DNA of 64,000 nucleotides from Rhizodiscina lignyota (GCA_010015805.1 ML978136.1:620001-684000); one strand, 5' to 3'; counted from the first letter of the stretch, positions 24,725 to 39,207 are shown. A program made the numbers and translations. The notes: generated by a model not told the origin, from the letters alone.

Positions 24725-26542
24725 TTACGATATCCCCAATGCCTCTAGTACTACCTCCGTCATCATCAGCACTTTCTCGTCCTCCAGCTTCCGCGCAGTG
24801 AGCTGCAAGCTAATCGGCGCTCCGTGTACGACATGTGGGTTGTCTATGTCTCGAGTTAGTCATCTCCGCCCACGATATATTGAAGCAAAGCGCAGTCAAA
24901 CGGCGGTCTACTCACAGTCCTTTTGGGTCTCAGTGCAACTGTCACTCAGCGCACTCTGGCCCGGATTCTCTATCGTATCCACCTCCTTGTCTGCGTAGAA
25001 ACCCGTTGGGAACGAGGTCGAAGAGTAGTCGAGCACATTGAAGACACCTGTATACCCGACGTACTTGAAGTTTCCATGCTCCGGGGAGGCATATGGTGTC
25101 GTGGGACCAAGCAGCGCATCTAGGCCTTCACACGCGTTCCATTGGTCCAGGTACTCTTTGAGCAGACTCGTGCGCTCGAGATGAAGTTGCCACAACTCAT
25201 ATACACCCATTTCTTTGGCGTCTTGATACTGTGTCATCTCGGGCCTAAATGGCTCGCCTGTAGGTTGCAGGAGCTTCTCGACCGATTTGCCACCATCGGC
25301 GACGAACATTTTACCCTGTAATAACGCATCAGTCCCGTATTCTAATAGAAATTACATCTCAAATCAAGAACATACCATAACAGCAATAAGCGGTGCGTGC
25401 AACCTCGTATCCCACTCCACAACCTCATGCCCCGCGCTCTTCAACTTCTCCACCGTCTCCTTCAGCGCCCTCGTAACCGGCGGCAGAGGTTTCACTATTC
25501 CATCGTCCCAGATCACTCCAATCTTCAGCTTCTCCTTCCGCGGCACCTCACGCCACGGGATCGGGATACACTTTGGATCCTGCAGCCACGGCTCGCTGTC
25601 CACCACGGTCTTTGAGTACAGCTTCACCGCGCTGAAGTGCTGGCTCATCGGCCCGTTCACGCTGTTCACGGCTTCTTGTCCCGCGAGGCCGGCGCGGCAC
25701 TTCAGCGTCGGGAAGCGACCAAAGGATGGGCGGAGGGTGTAGATACCAGTACAAGCAGCTGGAATGCGCAAGGAGCCGCCAATGTCAGTGCCTACACCGA
25801 GAACACTGCCGCCGAACGCTAACAGCGCTGACTCGCCGCCCGAACTGCCGCCGCTGGTGAGCTTGCGGTTTCGCGGGTTGAGGGTACGGCCGAAGACATT
25901 GTTGACGGACTCGGCAATCATCATTGCTGTCGGGATATTGGTCTTGACATAGAATACTGCTCCGGCGTCACGCAGTATGTCGACGAGCGTTGCGTCGTAT
26001 GTAGCCGGGTCGTTGACAAGCGAGGCGAAACCAACAGTGCTGTCGAGGCCTTTGACGTTGAAGTTATCCTTGAGGGAGACTGGCAGACCATGCAGCGGTC
26101 CAATCGGCTTGCCTGTGGATTTGAGATGGGCGTCCAGTTTCTTTGCGGTGGAGATGGCATAGTCGAACATTGTCTCCGTTAGGCAGTTTGTCTGCGATCT
26201 CAGTTAACCTCAGTTCCACAAAATCTACTCTTTCAATCTCTCAAAATCAAAGAACGGATGTCTAACCAGCTGTTGTGCCGCCGCAGCTCTCCTACAAAAT
26301 GCCTTTGTGACCACCTCCGCGCTCAACTCGCCGGTCTTTAATTTCTCCAACAATTCCACAGCAGGCGTGCTCGTGATCTTCTTCTCCTCATCTGAGAACC
26401 AATCCGTGTCCTCTGCCCAAGCCGTGACATCTAATACATCGTCTCCGGGTTTAATATTCTCAGGGATGATCCATTCCTTTGGTATTGAATCTGCGAGCGC
26501 CTTGCGCTTGGCCGCGGCAATTGTCTCCCACTTTGCTGCCAT
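24725..26542 (-). CDS. Amidase-signature enzyme (acetamidase/general amidase), multi-exon
   Basis: Motifs GPLHGLPVSLKD, TSGGSSGGESAL, GTDIGGSLRIPAA and YTGVFNVLDY. The last exon reads HGAPISLQL..KLEDEKVLMMTEVVLEALGIS* (stop 24725-24727). Confidence 0.93.
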
Positions 26543-27442
26543 TGCTCTTTTTTACAGTCTTGGAGGTGGAAATGAAAAGAAAACCAGATATAGAGTAGCG
26601 GATAAGGAGATTAGATATCTACATTGTTCTTTTAGCCCGCCTAATGTAGACAGAGACGCCCAACTCCGCAACAGGCGGATCTCGGCATTTAGGTGATAGT
26701 GCAAGTGGGGGGGTTGGAAAGGTGTATTCGCCGCGATCCAATGGCCTTTTCAGGCCATGTATTAATAAAGCCTGCATATCTCTCTACTAATGTCTCCCCG
26801 ACAGAGCACCCTGATATGTTGTTTATATACATATTTTTGCCGACTTGTCGAATCTTCTTTTAGAATGCAGAACTTCCCAGATTCGGAAGGAGAGTCAGTC
26901 CGTTACAACGACTAGATTCCAATGAGCGAACCGTCTACAGAGCCTCTCTATTATAGTTTCCTTTAGCACTTCCGAGAAGCATCTCTGCACGGGTAAGTTG
27001 ACATTTGAGGTTCTGAGGGATTTGGTTGCCATGCCTAACTTAGAAGAATTGCTTCTCGTTATCACGGAAAAGAGACGTTGTTGCAGGCCTCATACGCTCA
27101 CGACAAACTAGCTCCTTTACAGTTAGCAGCGCAAAATGGCTCAGTTAAAGATGAGATTGCTATTGTATCTCTATCTCTCCCAGATTATATACCGGCATCT
27201 TACACCCAAAGTGAATGAAGCTAGGAGGGGGTTATCGTAAACGACATACAAGAAAGGTGGTATGTTAAAAATGAAAGGACAAAAAGCACATGTATCAAAA
27301 GCTCGCCCTAGTGAAGTTGATGCGTTGGCTAGAGAAGATTTTTGGATATCCCCGCAAATGCCTTTCATCCAGCAGCTCCGTAAAATGCAACAGCCAGAAT
27401 TTCCGTCCAAACAGCGGCCGCTAAGTCGTATTGCATCCACAA

Positions 27443-30168
27443 TCACCTCGCAAAGACCTTGACAACGCTATCTCCACCGGCACTAACGACCAATCGTCCA
27501 TCTTGACTCCACACAACACCGCAGACACCTTCGCCGCGCATGATGCGATGGCTCGTGATTTCCTGCGTGCAGATACGTTTGTCGAGACTCCAGAAGCGGA
27601 TACTGGCGTCGTGACCGGCGGAGACGGCTTCCCTTCCGTCTTTTGAGAGGCTGAGAGATGAGATGGCAGCAGGGTGGGCGAGCATAGAGTATGTGCATTG
27701 GCCTGCGGATTATCAGTATCGCAGTAAGGTTTAAAGGAGAGGAAGATCTGGCGTACCTGAGTTTGCGTCAAAGAATCTGATGAACTGGTCTTCATGCCCG
27801 CTAATTACGATGCCTTCAATACCTCCCGTGCCAGTGGCCCCGTGCAGCGCACCTGGATTCTCCTCTTCACCCATACCTCGGTTCGAATCGATGCTGGAGC
27901 CTTCGATGCCGACACTCGTTGCAACGACGGAGTTGATGCCAGTAGCAGGCGTTCCATCGTACGTTTCGCTGCTCGCCATGCCGATGATCTCCTCGCCAGT
28001 TCTTGTGTCGAAAATGAGGATGCTCGAGTCAGTATACGACACCACGAATGTCTCTCCATTAGGTGAAAGCGGCGAGATGCACGTTGGACTTGCTCCTCCC
28101 TGCCTCGGTATAGAGTGGACCAGTGTGTAATGGAACGGTGTGCTTGTTGCAACGCTCGGCTGTGGGCTTGAAGGGTAGTTGCTGCCGCTGGTAACGGAGT
28201 GGCGCCTGCTCCCTCCGACGCCTCTCCTCGAGCCAGTTTGTGGAGATGTAATCTGTGGGGGCGCGCTAACAGCCCAAACCTTTACTGTCCCGTCCGCCGA
28301 GCCTGAAGCAAGTAGGACTCTGTCTGGCCCGCCGAAGTTGTTTGAATCAGGGCCGAACACGGCACCACTAGTCGCAGGAAGAACGCAGACTGTCCATACG
28401 GCATCTGTGTGTCCATCCAACGTGGCTTTGGGATCGACCCGACCCCTTTCCCATACTCTTACTGTGGCATCCTGACCGCCAGAAAATATCCAGCCATCAC
28501 CGGATACCCTTCCACCGGTCGAGAATGTTGAGGTTGGACAACATGCAGCGAGTGATAGCACCATGCCTTCGTGACCTCTATGCGTAAAATAGCTTGATAT
28601 GTCGAGGTCGCTACCAGTGCCCTGCTGATTGAAATTCCCGTAGCTGGCGGGTATTATCCATCGCTTGATCATGCCGTCGTCTCCTGCTGTGCACAATTCA
28701 GGCTCAGAAGGGCTGCCTCCACCCGTGAAGATGACTGAGCGAACAACATCCAGGTGGCCTCGTAGAGCAAACCGAACTTTAAAGGTCTGAGGGTCAGCGT
28801 TCTTGGATGCAAGGCTCATTGCCTCTCGTGTCTCATGGCCTTCACTTCTTCGTCTTGCAGCAGCTGTAGGCCCTGATGACTTTCGTCGATGTGTCGCAGC
28901 TGCTGTCCGTGGAGGCGAGCGGACCGGTATGCTGTTGGCATTTGGAAAGGCGTCAGTATCGGGTCGTCGAGGTTGTGGTAGGTCAGGCGGAGGCTGGTCT
29001 GGCAGTGCCGGCGGATCGTCGAATGTCCATCCATCAGGATCCTCAGAACGCGCATGCACCCCAAGTGACTCTTCTTCCCTTGATGGAACAGGTCGTCCTG
29101 ACGAGTCGAAGCTGTGTGTGACAGTTTCCACTGGCTCTTCCATTCCAGAAGAAAATCCGCCATATTGATGATGTGGCGCTTGTTCAGACATCATCGAACT
29201 TGGTAGGTGATGTTGTTGGCTAGGTCCTTGCCTTTGCATAGGCTCACCCTGTTGAAGGTGTAATGAGCTATTGGCGATATTCGTAATGTCCCCTCCAGGT
29301 AGTGGAGGATGATGATTCGGCAGCGGAGGCATCCCACTTTGGTTCTGTGGCTGGCTTTTTGGGCGCGGTTGTTGTAGGTACACATCCTCTAGAGACATTT
29401 GCTGGTCTTGGTTCGGTAAATTGTTCAAGTTTGTCATCGACGGAAGGCTCTGCGGAGCGGGAGGGTTCGCAGGTGTGGTAAGGAGGAAAGTGATTTCTTC
29501 GACGCATTTCGTAAGGTAGTATTTCGACTTGTCCCTTTGCGATTCCCTCTCTTGCTCTGAAAGTTTCAGCGCATCGTCGTTGACATCGAGGAAGGAGTTG
29601 TGAGACTTGTTCTCTGAAATTCAGGTGGTCAGTACATGGTCACAGGCCGTTTCCACGCTCGATGCGCCGCCATAAGGTCAAAAACATACCTATCCTATGT
29701 GGCTTCTCCCTTTTTACTTCTCTCTCTTTCTCTCCCTTCTTCTCCTCGCCCTGTGACTCTTTCCCCTCCTTCAGCGCTTTGGCTTTCGCCCGCTCGTTCT
29801 TCAGCGCTTGTTCCAGCATACGTATTTGCCTCGTCAACTGGTCGTTCAAGTGCTTCGCCTGCCTACACTCGCCCTCTTGCTTTGCGATCTTGGCCTTCAT
29901 CTCCGCGCGCTCAATATCCCACGCATTGCGCTCTCGCTCGTGCGTATGCCACTGGATTTGAAGGAAGCGCATGACCCCTGAGCCCTCAAAAGTTAGCTTC
30001 GCACTGCCAAACACATGCGATGTCCCCAGATCACCAGAAAAGGCCGTTTAGAGTAAGTGAAGAAAGCGACGCACCCTGCAGCGTGTACTCTGTGCCCGCC
30101 GGGCCATTATGTTCGACTCCGCCCCCCGCAGCTCCATTGCTCATAGCGTTCGGAGGCTGCCAGGCCAT
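27443..30168 (-). CDS. Striatin (STRIPAK scaffold; Pro11/Far8/StrA orthologue), multi-exon
   Basis: The N-terminal [43 protein letters not shown] is the striatin coiled-coil domain. C-terminal WD40 repeats include [22 protein letters not shown] and [15 protein letters not shown]. Confidence 0.95.
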
Positions 30169-30812
30169 CTGCCCGCCCTCTCAGTGTCTCCGGCCTTATA
30201 ATCGTTTATCCCACAGCGACATGCGTGCCGTCTCGAGCGGTACCGCCAAAGAGAAGGATCGGTTGGAGGGCGGGAGGCGACGCGCAGGAGGTATGTTGGA
30301 GAGGGAAGATGGAAAGGAGGCGGAAGAGGCAGCTGAAAGCTGGAGGGAGCTTCTGAAGAGCGAATTGAGGTGTGCAGGCGTCACGAGATATCGCGTTCTG
30401 AGCGTTGTATTGGTGTCTTCTTGGGTGCGGGAGTTGCTCTTCTTCCAGCCAGTGCCAAGCCTACAGGGATCCCTAAGCTTCGTCTTCTCCCTGCAGCGCA
30501 TAGCCGCCCGTTCATCCATCTTCCCGGAACTACGCGTGCACAGTACCCAAGTTTCATTTTGTTTATTATATTGCTTTTCTATTCGTACTATTCTCCTATG
30601 TAAACAGGTATGGTACAGCAGCCGCGACGCTCCACGCAAATGCAAGTGACTATCAAAGACAACCCATCGAAGTCTGAGAGTGGAGAGTACAGCTGTAGGA
30701 GTCAAGACCCAGTAGGAAATGCAGGGGAAGAGGGGAAGACAGAGCATATACAAGAAGCCGGACGCCTAAGCGCCACTGCTCAGAAGAGCACTGCATTTTG
30801 TTTAGCCACCTC

Positions 30813-32707
30813 TTAGAATCCCATGCCTCCCATTCCTCCCATGCCGCCGCCCATTCCGCCCATACCTGGTGGCGGAGCCTTCTCCTCTGGCGCTTCGACG
30901 ATGGCCACTTCCGTTGTGCCAAGTAGAGAAGCAACACCAGAAGCGTCGACCAGCGCCGTCCTGACGACCTTGAATGGGTCCAGGATACCGGCAGAGATCA
31001 TGTCGACATATTCACCGTTCTGGCTGTCGTAGCCCTTGTTGAAGTCGCTGCCAAACTCGTCCATAAGCTTGCCGACAATGACACTGCCCTCTGCACCAGC
31101 ATTTTCGACAATCTTCCTCGCTGGGTTCGTGATCGCCTTCTTGACAATGTCAACACCGAGCTGCTGGTCGAAGTTTGCGCCCTTGACACCGCCCAAGGAG
31201 TTTGCGGCGGCCTTGAGGAGCGCAGTGCCACCACCGGGAAGGATACCTTCCTCAACGGCAGCACGAGTCGCGTTCAATGCATCGACGATGCGGTCCTTCT
31301 TCTCGCCTACCTCCACTTCTGAAGCGCCACCGACCTTGATGACCGCAACGCCACCAGAGAGCTTGGCAAGACGCTCTTGGAGCTTCTCCTTCTCATAGTC
31401 GGACGTTGTTGGGTCGTTCATGACGCCACGGATTTGTTCGCATCGCTGTGTAACCGCATCCTTGCTGCCCTCGCCATTCAGGATGACTGTGTCCTCCTTT
31501 GTGATGGTAATCGAGCCAGTTGAGCCAAGCATGTCCGGCTTAGCCCTGTCAAGCTTGATTTCCAGCTCATCCGTGAAGACTGTACCATTTGTGAGAACTG
31601 CAAGGTCACCAAGGATCGACTTCCTGTTGTCGCCAAAGCCTGGAGCCTTAACAGCTGCAACCTGGAGTTGACCACGGAGCTTGTTGAGGATGCACACAGC
31701 CAGGGCCTCGCCATCGATGTCTTCTGCGATGATGACAAGGGGTCTGCGGAGCTGTTGGCTGGCCTCCAAAGCGGGAACAATATCCTGCACGGCACTGATC
31801 TTCTTCTCGGACAGAAGCAGAAGCGGCTTCTCAAACTCGACCTTCTGAGCCTTGGCATCTGTGATGAAGTATGGTGAGATGTAGCCTCGGTCAAACTTCA
31901 TACCCTCTGTGACCTCGAGCTCATCCTCAATCGTCTTGCCCTCCTTCACCGTGATGACACCCTCCTTGCCAACCTTCTCCATCGCACTCGACAGGAGCTT
32001 GCCAATATGGGTATCCCCGTTCGCCGAGATAGTCGCGACTTGGCTGATTTCCTCGCTCGTCGTGATGTCTCGCTTATTTTTCTGAAGATAGCTTACCACG
32101 GCATCGACCGCAGCCTGTGTACCTCTTCTCAGGTCCATGGGATTGCATCCTGCAGCAACATTCTTGACAGTCTCGGAGAAGATGGCGCGGGCGAGAACAG
32201 TGGCGGTCGTGGTTCCATCACCGGCAACTTCGTTCGTCTTGGAGGCAACGTCCTGGAGGAGGCGGGCACCGAGGTTTTCAAACTTGTCTTGAAGGGTTAC
32301 GGCCTTAGCGACTGTGACACCATCTGTTGTCTGTTAGCGACACTGAGCAGATCACCCCAAGTCTATAGCTATACCTTTCGTTATCTTTGGTGACCCATAG
32401 CTCGATTCTATAAGCACATTTCGTCCCTTTGGGCCTAATGTGGTCGCAACAGCTTTTGCGAGTGTGTCAACGCCGTTCAGTAACGCTGCGCGGCCCTCGA
32501 CGCCAAATTTGAGCTCCTGTGAGCACAATGAGCAACTACATCCTGCTAAACCGAACAAAGTGGCTCCTATAGAAGCCACTCAAGAATCCATAGAGGTCAT
32601 ACCTTATGCGCAAACCTCTGCTGCTGCAGATTGAAGCTAGAGTTCCGTAATCGGGAGGTGGACGAGAGAGCAGAGCTTCGCGCTCTAGATGCAAGTGCAC
32701 GCTGCAT
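30813..32707 (-). CDS. HSP60: Mitochondrial chaperonin Hsp60
   Basis: Presequence [10 protein letters not shown].., then [45 protein letters not shown] and a C-terminal GGMGG repeat. Two 5' introns. Confidence 0.98.
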
Positions 32708-33231
32708 AGCGAAGGAATGAATACAGATTACAGAGCTGCACCTAACTCAAGGCTCTAACTCCAAAGGCTGCAGTGAAGGAGGGAGGAGGGATTGGATGTT
32801 GTGCAAGAGGAAAAGCTGGGACGAGAGATTTTGCGGAGCAAAAACTTCGAGGCGATTCGATAATCCAAAACTTTCCGCACAGACGCAAAATGATTGGTTG
32901 CTCGGCTTAACGCTCTATGTCGCTCACGTGCAAGCCACGATTTTGGTCCTCAGTTCAAGATGCTCTTGGAACAGCAACTAGAATGTCATGTATTAAGTGA
33001 TATGAGTTCTGCTATTGATAGCTGTCAGGCTGGTTCATAACTCTCAGCAGTCATACGGAATACACAATGTATAATCGTGACTCTCCTCAAGTCCGATGGC
33101 GATGGAACTAGTGGGTATTGCACAGCAGCGTACTCCGTAAGATATAAGGTATCATTAACCTCCCCAAAGCGCCTGAGTCGTCATCTTAGCTTCTTGCCCC
33201 GTCATTCATGGTACGTCATGTTCTCTTTTTA

Positions 33232-34864
33232 TCAAAGCATCGAGAAGAAGCCGAAGGCTGTGGTCAATCCAACTACCAGCCACACCATAATCGTCCTATC
33301 GTCATTCGTAATCAATCCAAAGGATGGCGGCTTCAGTGCACCCGCGGCTCCCTTATGAGTCGCGCTTGCAGAAGCCGCAGCAGCAGATGAGCTCGATGCA
33401 GCGGCAGCAAGGCTCAGCGACGTATAAAGCACATTTGCTGGAGCAAATGTGCTCGCCCCCTTGTCGAACGCAAGACAAGCCGTTGGTAATGTTTTACTCG
33501 CACTCAATAACGTGTTGGGGAAATTGAGCGCCTTCGCATGTGAGTCGACTGCCAGTGCGAATTGAGCCTCGACGCCAAGCTCTACCTCGACAGAAGGAGT
33601 GATGTGCGTAAGATTGCCGAGCTGGTCGAGCAGGGCAAGGTGAGATGAGGAAAGGTTAGCTGCGGAATTACAATTCTCATCAACCGTCGCCAGAGTTTCG
33701 AATTTAGCCGTGAGTGACGGAAGGGCAAGGAAGACACCCGCTTCAGCTTTAGCTTCCAGGCGTGTGCCAACCGCGCTTTCAGCAAAATCGAATCCTACAA
33801 GCACCGCAGGTTCGAGCACAAGATTTGCGGTAAGGTCGACAGCTGTGATGTTTGCTTGGAATGGAATAGCTGTAATCTGTGCATGATCGCTTCGGAATAT
33901 TAGTAATTGAACGTATAGAAGTTATATAATACATACAAGCCCGTCGTGCGTGAATTACTGATATTGGTAAAGTCAATGAATACTGAGGAATTGTTCGGAA
34001 CCTGCTTTACTTAGTACATGAATGCAGCGACGGTCAGATTCTCCTTACCGTAACATCGAACCCATAGGTAAACTGCACTCCGCCGGAGACGGCCATGCTT
34101 GCGATAAGTGGAACTTGGAAGAACACGCCCAGCTTTCCAAACCCCGGGACGTCTAGTCCAAAAAGCGGCGCAGAAAAGAGATTAATCTTTTGGCCAAAGG
34201 ACTTCGAGAGACCGGTTTCCAGTTCGATATGTGCAGAGAAATCATTAATCTGCATTTCGATCGAGCCTGATTCAAATATCCGCACGGGGTCGTTATTGTT
34301 CAGGACTTCTTCCGCTAGCTCTGTCGTATTGGTGAAGTTGAACTCTCCGCGCGTTAGGATCATCGATCCCGTTGTGCTACAGTTTTTGCAGCTGAATGTG
34401 AGAGGAATATGAGGTCTCAGCAGCTGTTCAAGGTCTGAGAATTCATGGTCGATCAGTTCAAAGCCAAGATTCGCATTCGTAGTTCGGTTCGAAGTAAAAT
34501 TCTGAGCTGGTGGAGCCTTGAACGGGACAGAGGTCAAGTTCGCTGGTAATACTGAACTGTTGCTTGAAGAAGCGCCCGAGATTGCCTGTCTGCGTCGGAG
34601 ATCATTGTGCTTTCCAAGAGAGGTAGCAGCATTGGACAACGGATCTCCCACGCGATGCTCAGTGACTACCGACGACGAAAACGCGGGGAGTGCAGTAAAT
34701 GAGAAACCATTCTCCCTTGTGTGTACCTGTGTAGCATCTGAAAGTTCTTTGAATTTTAGATAGGGAAAAGTTCTCCAGTCAACATCTGGAAGCTCCAACG
34801 AGCGCGCCCAGATGCATGGCTGGAGAAGAAATGTGAGGAGGAACAACCGGAATCGAACAGACAT
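33232..34864 (-). CDS. Putative GPI-anchored cell-surface glycoprotein, multi-exon
   Basis: Signal peptide MSVRFRLFLLTFLLQPCIWA, motif CKNCSTTGS, many N-x-S/T sites, LPTACLAFD, a Ser/Ala stretch and a C-terminal hydrophobic tail (IMVWLVVGLTTAFGFFSML). Internal introns lie near 33880-34050. Confidence 0.78.
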
Positions 34865-36873
34865 GATCGAGATGAAGACGAGGCGCTCAAGCAGAGAGTG
34901 AGGCGGTGGGAGCGAGGGGGTAGGCACAAAGATATACTTACCCTTTCATCGCCATGAATTTGAATATAGTATGGACTGATGTAGATTACTTCGGCTGACA
35001 GCCAGCACACACAGCCATGGGACCCAAGTTTGAGGACGGTTTCCGGTGAATTTTTCTTGGGACATGATGGATTGTGGCGTCCATCAGACGTGGGGGATGA
35101 GACGAAGTTGGGCAAGAGGTGCAAGGTTGCTAAGTCTCAGCCTCATCCGGGACCCCAGAAAAGAAGTGTGAATATGCAAGAGTCATGCATCCATAGAAAA
35201 GCCCAGGGCATTTGCGCTGTGCGCTAAACTCTATGTCGACGGCCACCGAAGACCTCAGCTGTGCCTCACCAGATCCTGACCAGGGGCCAGAAGAGATTGC
35301 TTGATGTCATTTGCCCATACCGCAGTCCCGGAGGTCGTCGCGGTCGCAGCCTCGAGAAGTTGTATCAGAATGGTGCTGATACACCTTGAGCGCATTCAAG
35401 AGAGCACCACTTTGCAATTTTGGTATCGAATTAGCTGTTCAAATTCGGAATATGGTGATGCGAGCCGGTGTCATTAAGAGTCGATCGGCCTGTCTGCCAA
35501 GTGATGTCCATGTCATGTCGGCGACTTCGCCGCAACGTAATGCGGCCGTTCGGCGGCCGCAGCCGGTGCTTAGCAGACTTGAACAGATGGTTTTATCTCT
35601 GTTCTCTAATAAGTATTTTGGGTTGCTGTCAAACTCGCCGATATTTGCTGCAAGCTTCGGTGACGACTGAGGAGATCCGAACTTGTGAAAACAGCTGGTA
35701 TCGAGCAAGGCTAAACGGAGTAAAGCATCGTACTCTAAAGACGTCCAAAGTGCAGATAACATCCAAGGCGAGAATCCCAAGATTTTCTACGACAACGCTT
35801 CAATTTGAGATGGAATTAGATGTGAAAGATCAAAATGTTCTTGAACCTTAATGCCTCCGAATCTCTCGCACTAAATTTAGATGCGAGTGAAAAATGACCT
35901 AATCCTATTTCGGCCATGCCCCTGTCGTCGTCCACCAAAGAGTTTAAGAACATCCACCCTGACCTCTGCGATCCGATGCATCGAGCCGCAAAGTTGAAAC
36001 AACAATTCTATGCGCTAAGCGTGCATATGGTACGTCTAATACATCAGCAGTCTACAGCCAATCAGCATACAGGAGCGGTTCAGCCCCAAATTCGTCCATT
36101 TTCGGCCGTTGTAACCGACATTAAACAAGTTCGATGCTTAATTTTCACACCGTTCTCCGTTGGATCCGACAGTCCTTATTTCTCTCATCTCCAACCGTTC
36201 GCAGATGCAGATGGCATTTCTTGAACATGTGTCCAACAGTCTGAAGGCAAAAATACGCACTGTAGCTCGGCTCAAAAACCTCCAATGGAATCTCCCGGCA
36301 TAGACGCCGATGCCTTCCATCCTCTGCCATGTCATGGCGGGATGGCGAGTGGTGCCCGAATCAGGGACAAAAACCGAACTTTTCAGTCCTGGAAATGTAT
36401 CGAGAGGGCATTTATATCTTATTGTCTGAGATTGAGACTAAGGTGGACACCATCCCATGATGCTTGGCGCTCTCTCGTGACATCTTGCAGTAACCCAGGA
36501 TCGACGGTGCAGATTGTGTAAGCAATTTGGACACTACCCATTCCCATATCGAGCATGTACGCTACGCTATCAGAAAACATTCTCGGCAGCCGAGTCGAAG
36601 CGGTTCCAGCGGCCGGAGCCCGCGGGACTAACAGCAGGAATTTTCAGGGAAACCTAAGCGAGTTCTGGTCTTGAATTTACTATCAAATGGGAACATTGGT
36701 ACTCATGCATGGAAATATCTCTCAAAATCCCTCTCGCTCGTGCGAGAGATATAAAGGAAAGTATCGAACTTCGGAATCATGATAACTACAATTCTCTTTG
36801 CAAAGTAAAGGTCCTTTCACACTACCGTCCAACTTCCCTTGAAAATCTTTTTGGTATCATTGTAGTTGCAAAG

Positions 36874-38347
36874 ATGCAGTTTACGACTAATCTGCTCTTT
36901 CTGCAGCTACTGCTGCATGTCGAAATTTGCTTCGGTGAAGCGAAAGAAGCACGTCCGTCCGTCATTATAGCTGGCGGCGGGACAGTGGGCCTCTCCACCG
37001 CCTGGTATCTTGCGCAATCTAACAAGAACTACTCGTCAATCACAGTTTTAGATCCGTATCCACCACCAGCATATGCGTCAGCCGGGAATGACATCAACAA
37101 AGTCATCCGCAACGAATATGATATGGCTATTTACTCTGTCATTGCAGACGAAGCGTTAGACATCTGGATGTCAAACCCAATATTCAAAGACTATTACCAC
37201 AATGTTGGCCACCTTAGCGGCTCATTCGAAGGGCCACCGTACTCCGATTGGAACCTAACCAACAACAATACATTCAAGTACACCGACGCGTCACGGTTTG
37301 AAGTATTCGGTGCAAATATCTCAACCATTTTTGCTGAGCGTTGGCCCGTTTTCAAGAATGGACCCCCGCCTGACTTTCTTGGTGCTATTAACGGTAGAGG
37401 CGGTTGGGCAAATGCTGCCGGTGCCATGAAAGCGCTCGGAGAATATCTCAAGACAGACAAACGCATTCATTTTGTGAATGGGGAACAAGGTACAGCGAAG
37501 GGACTTATCAAATCTGGAGCAAAGGTCACCGGCGTTCGAACGGCCGACGGATCTGCTCACCACGGTGATCTTGTCATTCTTTCGATGGGTGCATGGACAT
37601 CTCAGATCATTGATCTCGAGGGACAAGGATGGCCAGACTTCTCATTTGTCACCAGCATTCAGTTGACAGAGCAAGAGATCAAGGAACTTGGACAATTTCC
37701 GGTTGTCGATTTGATCAATCCTGGCTTGCTACCTTCGCAAACTTCCGGATACTTCTTTCCTCCGAATGAAGACGGGCTTCTCAAGATTGTTGCCAAAATG
37801 TAAGGATCCACGCCCTCATCGTATGTCCATGCCACTGATCTGATCATGAAGTGATGGCCACTTCCGATATACGCGCAAAACTAGCAACGGCATGATGTAC
37901 GTCGTAAAGCCATCTGAAGCTCACGACCCAAAGAACAAACTGCCGCTTCAAGACGCAATTGATTGGCGCCAGTTCATAACATACTGGCTGCCTCAAATCG
38001 GATACAAGAATTTCACTAAGAGCAGTGCATGCTGGGATCTTGCAACATTCGACGGGTATTGGATACTCGGACCGCATCCAAGCAGCCCCGAAAGCCTCTT
38101 CATTGCCACCGGCGGAAATGGCAACACGTTTAAGAACTTGGTGAATATTGGTAAATATGTTGTGCAGTTTGTTGAAGGCACACTGAGCTCCGAACGTCAG
38201 GAGACCTTTAGATGGAGACCAGAGAAGGCAGTCGGAGAAGAATCAAACGCCTTTTACGACGATATTGAGAAAGTTGCGGTGTTTGTGGACGATGGAGCAT
38301 GGAATCCACTACCTTTGAACTTTACTCAGGTGTCGATGCATGAATGA
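36874..38347 (+). CDS. FAD-dependent oxidoreductase of the fructosyl-amino-acid/sarcosine oxidase family with predicted signal peptide
   Basis: Rossmann motif IIAGGGTVGLSTA, SAGNDINKVIR, GGWANAAGAM, GYFFPP and an intron at about 37800-37851. Exon 2 has ACWDLATFDG, LFIATGGNGNTFKNL..IGKYV and FRWRPE. Confidence 0.88.
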
Positions 38348-38414
38348 GCGAATATGCTCCAGACCAGGTGAGACTGCTGATTCACCACCGCAAAGAGGTT
38401 GTTTGAAAGCACCC

Positions 38415-39207
38415 TTAGTAATATCGGAATGGTCGTTGCGTCTGGTCGATATGTACAATTCCATAATTAGACTCTCGACTGCGTTCCCTTACCCTTCTCA
38501 TCTTCCTCCGCCTCCTCACAGTATAAGAGATCCAAGCGGCAAGAAGAACACATACCACAGGTACGACTGTCCCAACCAATATATTTACTTTGTCCGATGT
38601 GCTCGGGCCTCCACCTTTGCCATTATCCCAAGCCGTGCATGCAAACACCCCTTGATATTTTTCTTCCTTCGTGAGACTCTTTCTCGCTGACTTTACGCGA
38701 CATTTCAACTACGGGCAAACACAGCTATCCATTTCAACACTTACAAATTCAATAGAATGCCGGAAGCATTCTTCCCAACAACAATTCATTCTCGTGGTAT
38801 TTGCCTATTTAGCCGGACGGTGAGAAACACCCCGCCCGATCGCGCAGGAAATCCGGGGGCAGAGCGTTCGGTTCCTGCATGTCAATTCCAGGAACATCGT
38901 CATGAGCCTCGTATTTGGAGCTTTTCGTGATCATAAAGAACCTTTCTCCCCGCCTGCCAACCCTAGATCTCGTCAAATACCCGGCTGGGCGGTACCCACT
39001 TACGATCAGGCTATCATCGCAACATTGACCACGGGAGCATTCTCTCGATTCTCTTTTCCTACAATGGATATTGAGACATTCTGCGAAGACACTGAATGAG
39101 TTCCAGAAATCTTCGAAGCTGTAGTGACGGCTGGCCGACAAGTCAAAGTAAGTCTCGTCCCCCCTTGCAGAAAGAATTGGGAGCAGCAGCTTGCAAAATC
39201 CTCTCAT
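38415..39207 (-). pseudogene. Possible degenerate or mis-spliced small type I membrane protein gene
   Basis: The 5' ORF starts with a hydrophobic stretch and is Cys-rich. The 3' ORF has a TM segment (VNILVGTVVPVVCVLLAAWISYTV) followed by RRRRK. GTAAGT donors occur near 39003 and 38744, but I found no stop-free spliced path. Confidence 0.3.

Noticed and set aside
30823..32393. Multiple antisense and overlapping ORFs within HSP60
   Set aside because: Expected by-product of codon bias in a highly expressed gene.
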